Part shown: positions 60,783-64,000 of the stretch, piece by piece | Numbering within the stretch: position 1 is the stretch's first letter | Layout: every line of letters begins with the position of its first letter | DNA from: an uncultured Clostridia bacterium | GTDB lineage: Bacteria; Bacillota; Clostridia; CAKSNL01; HGM11501 | DNA length: 64,000 nt | Direction: 5' to 3' | Assembly (NCBI GenBank): GCA_934476235.1 | Contig: CAKSNL010000003.1 | Location: forward strand, 206,153 to 270,152 | Notes under the pieces: model-generated | The model's input: the letters and a program-made list of their open reading frames with translations, nothing else | What the model was told of the DNA's origin: nothing | The model's database searches: none | Translations under genes and position numbers: made by a program

Positions 60783-63365
60783 TTATACCGTGCAGCAAAG
60801 CTCGCCATCCTTAACGTCAACCGTTATGGTGCTTCCGGTATCAAAGTCGCCTTTTAATATTGCACGGGCAATTAAGGTTTCCATACTGCTCTGCAAGTAA
60901 CGGCGGAGCGGTCTTGCACCGTAAAGCGGGTCATAGCCTCTGTCGATTATGAGTTCTTTTGCCTTTTCGGTCACATTAAGCTTTAACGACTTATCCGCAA
61001 GACGGCTTCTCAAGCCCTCAATCATGATGTCGATAATTCCCGTGAGATTTTCCTTTGTCAGCGGTCGGAACATAACCGTCTCATCAAGTCTGTTTAAAAA
61101 CTCCGGACGGAAGAACCTTTTAAGCTCGCTCATAACGGCGCTTCTTGCCTCATCGGTTATATTGCCGTCTTTATCGATTCCGTCCGAAAGATACTGGCTT
61201 CCGAGGTTGGAGGTTAAAATGATTATCGTGTTTTTAAAGTCGACCGTTCTTCCCTGGGAATCGGTTATCCGTCCGTCATCCAATATCTGTAGCAGAATGT
61301 TAAATACATCCGGATGCGCCTTTTCAACCTCGTCGAAAAGCACAACGCTGTAGGGCTTGCGCCTTACCGCTTCCGTAAGCTGACCGCCCTCGTCATATCC
61401 CACATATCCGGGAGGTGCGCCGATAAGGCGCGATACGGAGTATTTCTCCATGTACTCGGTCATATCGATACGCACGATGTTGTGCTCATCGTCAAACAGG
61501 CACTCCGCAAGACTTTTTGCAAGCTCTGTTTTTCCGACACCGGTAGGACCCAAGAAAAGGAAGGAACCGATCGGACGGTTGGGGTCGGAAATTCCGGCAC
61601 GGGATCTTAATATTGCCTCGGTCACTTTCTTGACCGCTTCATCCTGACCGACAACGCGCTTATGAATGTACTCGTCCAGATGAAGTATCTTCTCGCGCTC
61701 GCCCTCCATGAGCTTGGAAACGGGAATTCCGGTCCATTTTGCAACAATTCCGGATATATCCTCATCCGTGACCGTGTCATGGATGAGCGTGCCCTGCTTC
61801 TTCGTTTCGGAGGCTTTCTCGGCATCGCGGAGCTTTGCTTCGAGTGCGGGAAGGTCTGAATACTTAAGCTTTGCCGCTTTCTCGTACTCATAATGAAGCT
61901 GGGCGCTTTCAATGTCAGCATGCATTTTTTCTATCTCGGATTTAAGCTTTTTAACATTGTCAACACTCGACTTTTCCTCTTCCCAGCGCGACTTCATTTC
62001 GTTAAATTTATCCTTCAATTCATAAAGCTCCTCGCGAAGCTTGCCGAGTCTGTCACGGCTTAATTCGTCCTCTTCCTTCTTTAACGCCATTTCCTCAATT
62101 TCAAGCTGCATTATCTTTCTTCTGACGTCGTCCATCTCGGAGGGCATGGAATCAATCTCGGTTCTTATAAGAGCGCACGCTTCATCGACAAGGTCGATAG
62201 CTTTATCGGGCAGGAATCTGTCCGTTATATATCTGTTTGAAAGCGTTGCCGCGGCTACCAGTGCGCTGTCGTGAATTCTGACGCCGTGGAACACCTCATA
62301 ACGCTCCTTAAGACCTCTTAAGATAGAAATCGTATCCTCAACGGTGGGCTCGTCAACCTGTACGGGCTGGAAACGCCTTTCAAGAGCGGGGTCCTTTTCG
62401 ATGTACTTTCTGTATTCGTCAAGTGTTGTTGCACCGATGCAGTGAAGCTCACCGCGCGCAAGCATGGGCTTTAAGAGGTTTCCGGCGTCCATGCTGCCTT
62501 CCGTTTTTCCCGCGCCGACGATGGTGTGAAGCTCATCAATGAAAAGAAGAATCTTGCCTTCCGCGCGCTTTATTTCCGAAAGTACCGCTTTAAGCCTTTC
62601 CTCAAATTCACCTCTGTATTTTGCCCCGGCAATGAGCGCACCCATATCAAGCGAGAAGATTGTTTTATCTTTAAGGCTTTCGGGCACATCTCCCCTTACG
62701 ATACGCTGAGCAAGTCCCTCGGCTATCGCAGTCTTGCCGACGCCGGGCTCACCGATAAGTACGGGATTGTTTTTCGTTTTACGCGAAAGGATCCTTATCA
62801 CGTTTCTTATTTCCGTGTCTCGCCCGATCACGGGGTCAAGCTCGTTATTTTTTGCTCTTTCCACAAGGTCGGTTCCGTATTTTTTAAGCGCGTCATACGT
62901 GCTCTCCGGATTGTCGCCGGTAACGGGCGCGGTCTTTACCTTTGAGAGCTCCGACGAGAATTTCTGCTTTGTTACTCCGTGGTTGTCAAATATCTTTTTT
63001 ATCGCCTGCGTTGCCGCTGAAAATATTCCTATCATTAAGTGCTCAACGGAAACGTATTCGTCCCCCATTGATTTTGCCGCCGCTTCCGCCGCCTTTATCA
63101 CCCTGTCGGTCTCGGACGAAAGATATGCTCTCCCCTCCATTGTGCCGACCTTCGGCAAAAGTCCTATAGCGGTATCAAGCTCCGACAGCATCGCGTCTGT
63201 ATCTGCCCCCATTTTCTTTAAGAGCGACGGTATAAGCCCGCCGTCCTGGTCGATAAGAGCATACAAAAGGTGCTCCGGTGCAATATAGTTATTTTTGTTT
63301 TCCTCAGCCATAGACTGAGCTGTGTTAAGCGCTTCGGCGCTTTTCTGTGTGTAGTTAGTGTTCAT
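60783..63365 (-). CDS. clpB: ATP-dependent chaperone ClpB.
   Basis: Two AAA modules ([16 protein letters not shown]). Middle coiled-coil. 860 aa. Confidence 0.9.
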   Translation of the reverse strand: MNTNYTQKSAEALNTAQSMAEENKNNYIAPEHLLYALIDQDGGLIPSLLKKMGADTDAMLSELDTAIGLLPKVGTMEGRAYLSSETDRVIKAAEAAAKSMGDEYVSVEHLMIGIFSAATQAIKKIFDNHGVTKQKFSSELSKVKTAPVTGDNPESTYDALKKYGTDLVERAKNNELDPVIGRDTEIRNVIRILSRKTKNNPVLIGEPGVGKTAIAEGLAQRIVRGDVPESLKDKTIFSLDMGALIAGAKYRGEFEERLKAVLSEIKRAEGKILLFIDELHTIVGAGKTEGSMDAGNLLKPMLARGELHCIGATTLDEYRKYIEKDPALERRFQPVQVDEPTVEDTISILRGLKERYEVFHGVRIHDSALVAAATLSNRYITDRFLPDKAIDLVDEACALIRTEIDSMPSEMDDVRRKIMQLEIEEMALKKEEDELSRDRLGKLREELYELKDKFNEMKSRWEEEKSSVDNVKKLKSEIEKMHADIESAQLHYEYEKAAKLKYSDLPALEAKLRDAEKASETKKQGTLIHDTVTDEDISGIVAKWTGIPVSKLMEGEREKILHLDEYIHKRVVGQDEAVKKVTEAILRSRAGISDPNRPIGSFLFLGPTGVGKTELAKSLAECLFDDEHNIVRIDMTEYMEKYSVSRLIGAPPGYVGYDEGGQLTEAVRRKPYSVVLFDEVEKAHPDVFNILLQILDDGRITDSQGRTVDFKNTIIILTSNLGSQYLSDGIDKDGNITDEARSAVMSELKRFFRPEFLNRLDETVMFRPLTKENLTGIIDIMIEGLRSRLADKSLKLNVTEKAKELIIDRGYDPLYGARPLRRYLQSSMETLIARAILKGDFDTGSTITVDVKDGELCCTV

Positions 63366-63391
63366 AAGCGTACCTCCCTTTCATGCCGCTT

Positions 63392-64000
63392 TTAAATATA
63401 AAGCTCGGCGTTTTCAAGATATTTTGCGTATGCCGCCTCAACATCCCTGTCGCTCAGGCGCTCCGAAAGATATCCTTTCATGAGCTCATCAAAAAGCTCG
63501 ATATAATAAGACAGGGTTCTTGCCAGCGTATCCGCCGAGAAATCCTTATTCGGCGCAAGAATCGTTCTTTCAAACTTGCCGTCATAAAGAGCATAGTCGT
63601 TTTCAGCACCGGTAACAGGAGCCAAATATTCGTCCTCAATCCGCTTCCACAGGCGGAAAAAGTTTGTGATTTTATTTACCAGATACTCTGACTGTGTTCT
63701 GAAAACGACGGAGAGCGTTCCTATTTTTCCTCCCGCTTCGGCATCAAGCTCCACCTCGTACTTTACCGTAGGACGGTATTTGTACTCAAGAGAGCTTTTA
63801 AGCGACATTGAAAGACTGTTCGGCGAAAAGAACGGAACCAGCTCCCTCGACGAAGCGGTCAGCCTCTCAATCGCGGAAAGAACCTCGTTAATTCTCTGCT
63901 CCGGCGTTACATAATTTACGTATTCGGCAAGTATTTTGTTTATAAGGCTCGAACGGTTCTGCCCGAGCTTGTGCGCCAGAATGTCGACCTCGCGCACCAC
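63392..64000 (-). CDS. Hypothetical protein (partial; the N-terminus runs past the window edge). Possible RHH-like N-terminus.
   Basis: ORF reaches the window end. No catalytic motif recognised. Confidence 0.4.
   Translation of the reverse strand: MVREVDILAHKLGQNRSSLINKILAEYVNYVTPEQRINEVLSAIERLTASSRELVPFFSPNSLSMSLKSSLEYKYRPTVKYEVELDAEAGGKIGTLSVVFRTQSEYLVNKITNFFRLWKRIEDEYLAPVTGAENDYALYDGKFERTILAPNKDFSADTLARTLSYYIELFDELMKGYLSERLSDRDVEAAYAKYLENAELYI

Overview
This 64 kb window is a chromosomal segment from a Firmicutes/Clostridia-like anaerobe. That call rests on sporulation genes (ytfI/ytfJ), scpAB, an ispH-S1 fusion, a split transketolase, a V-type ATPase and a Na+-pump decarboxylase. It is mostly housekeeping. 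In order it carries: a GalT 3' end; a YhaO/YhaN-like SbcCD pair with a transmembrane hairpin; a secreted F5/8-type-C + SGNH hydrolase containing an internal duplication and a TETK microsatellite; and a complete nine-gene V/A-ATPase operon (ntpF-I-K-E-C-G-A-B-D). The main candidate for an undescribed element follows: a fim-like invertible promoter. A perfect 17-bp inverted repeat at 17392-17408 and 17677-17693 brackets a consensus sigma-70 promoter, flanked by two tyrosine recombinases. The promoter is in the ON orientation for a low-GC membrane DUF-protein gene. A GC-rich structured noncoding block precedes it. Next come GH78-like and GH127-like glycosidases, pgm, ispH-rpsA, plsC, cmk, an orphan HutP-like protein, pcrA, tRNA-Gly, and a biotin-dependent Na+-pump decarboxylase operon that carries both a 12S-type and a 5S-type carboxyltransferase. 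These are followed by dacB, scpAB and lysA. A second notable cluster is a tandem triplication of QueG/RdhA-like 4Fe-4S proteins with a cupin and a U32-like protein, next to tRNA-Ala and tRNA-Leu. The window ends with the csoR-copA-copZ copper efflux operon (tandem CsoR boxes) and clpB. No CRISPR arrays or transposases were seen.
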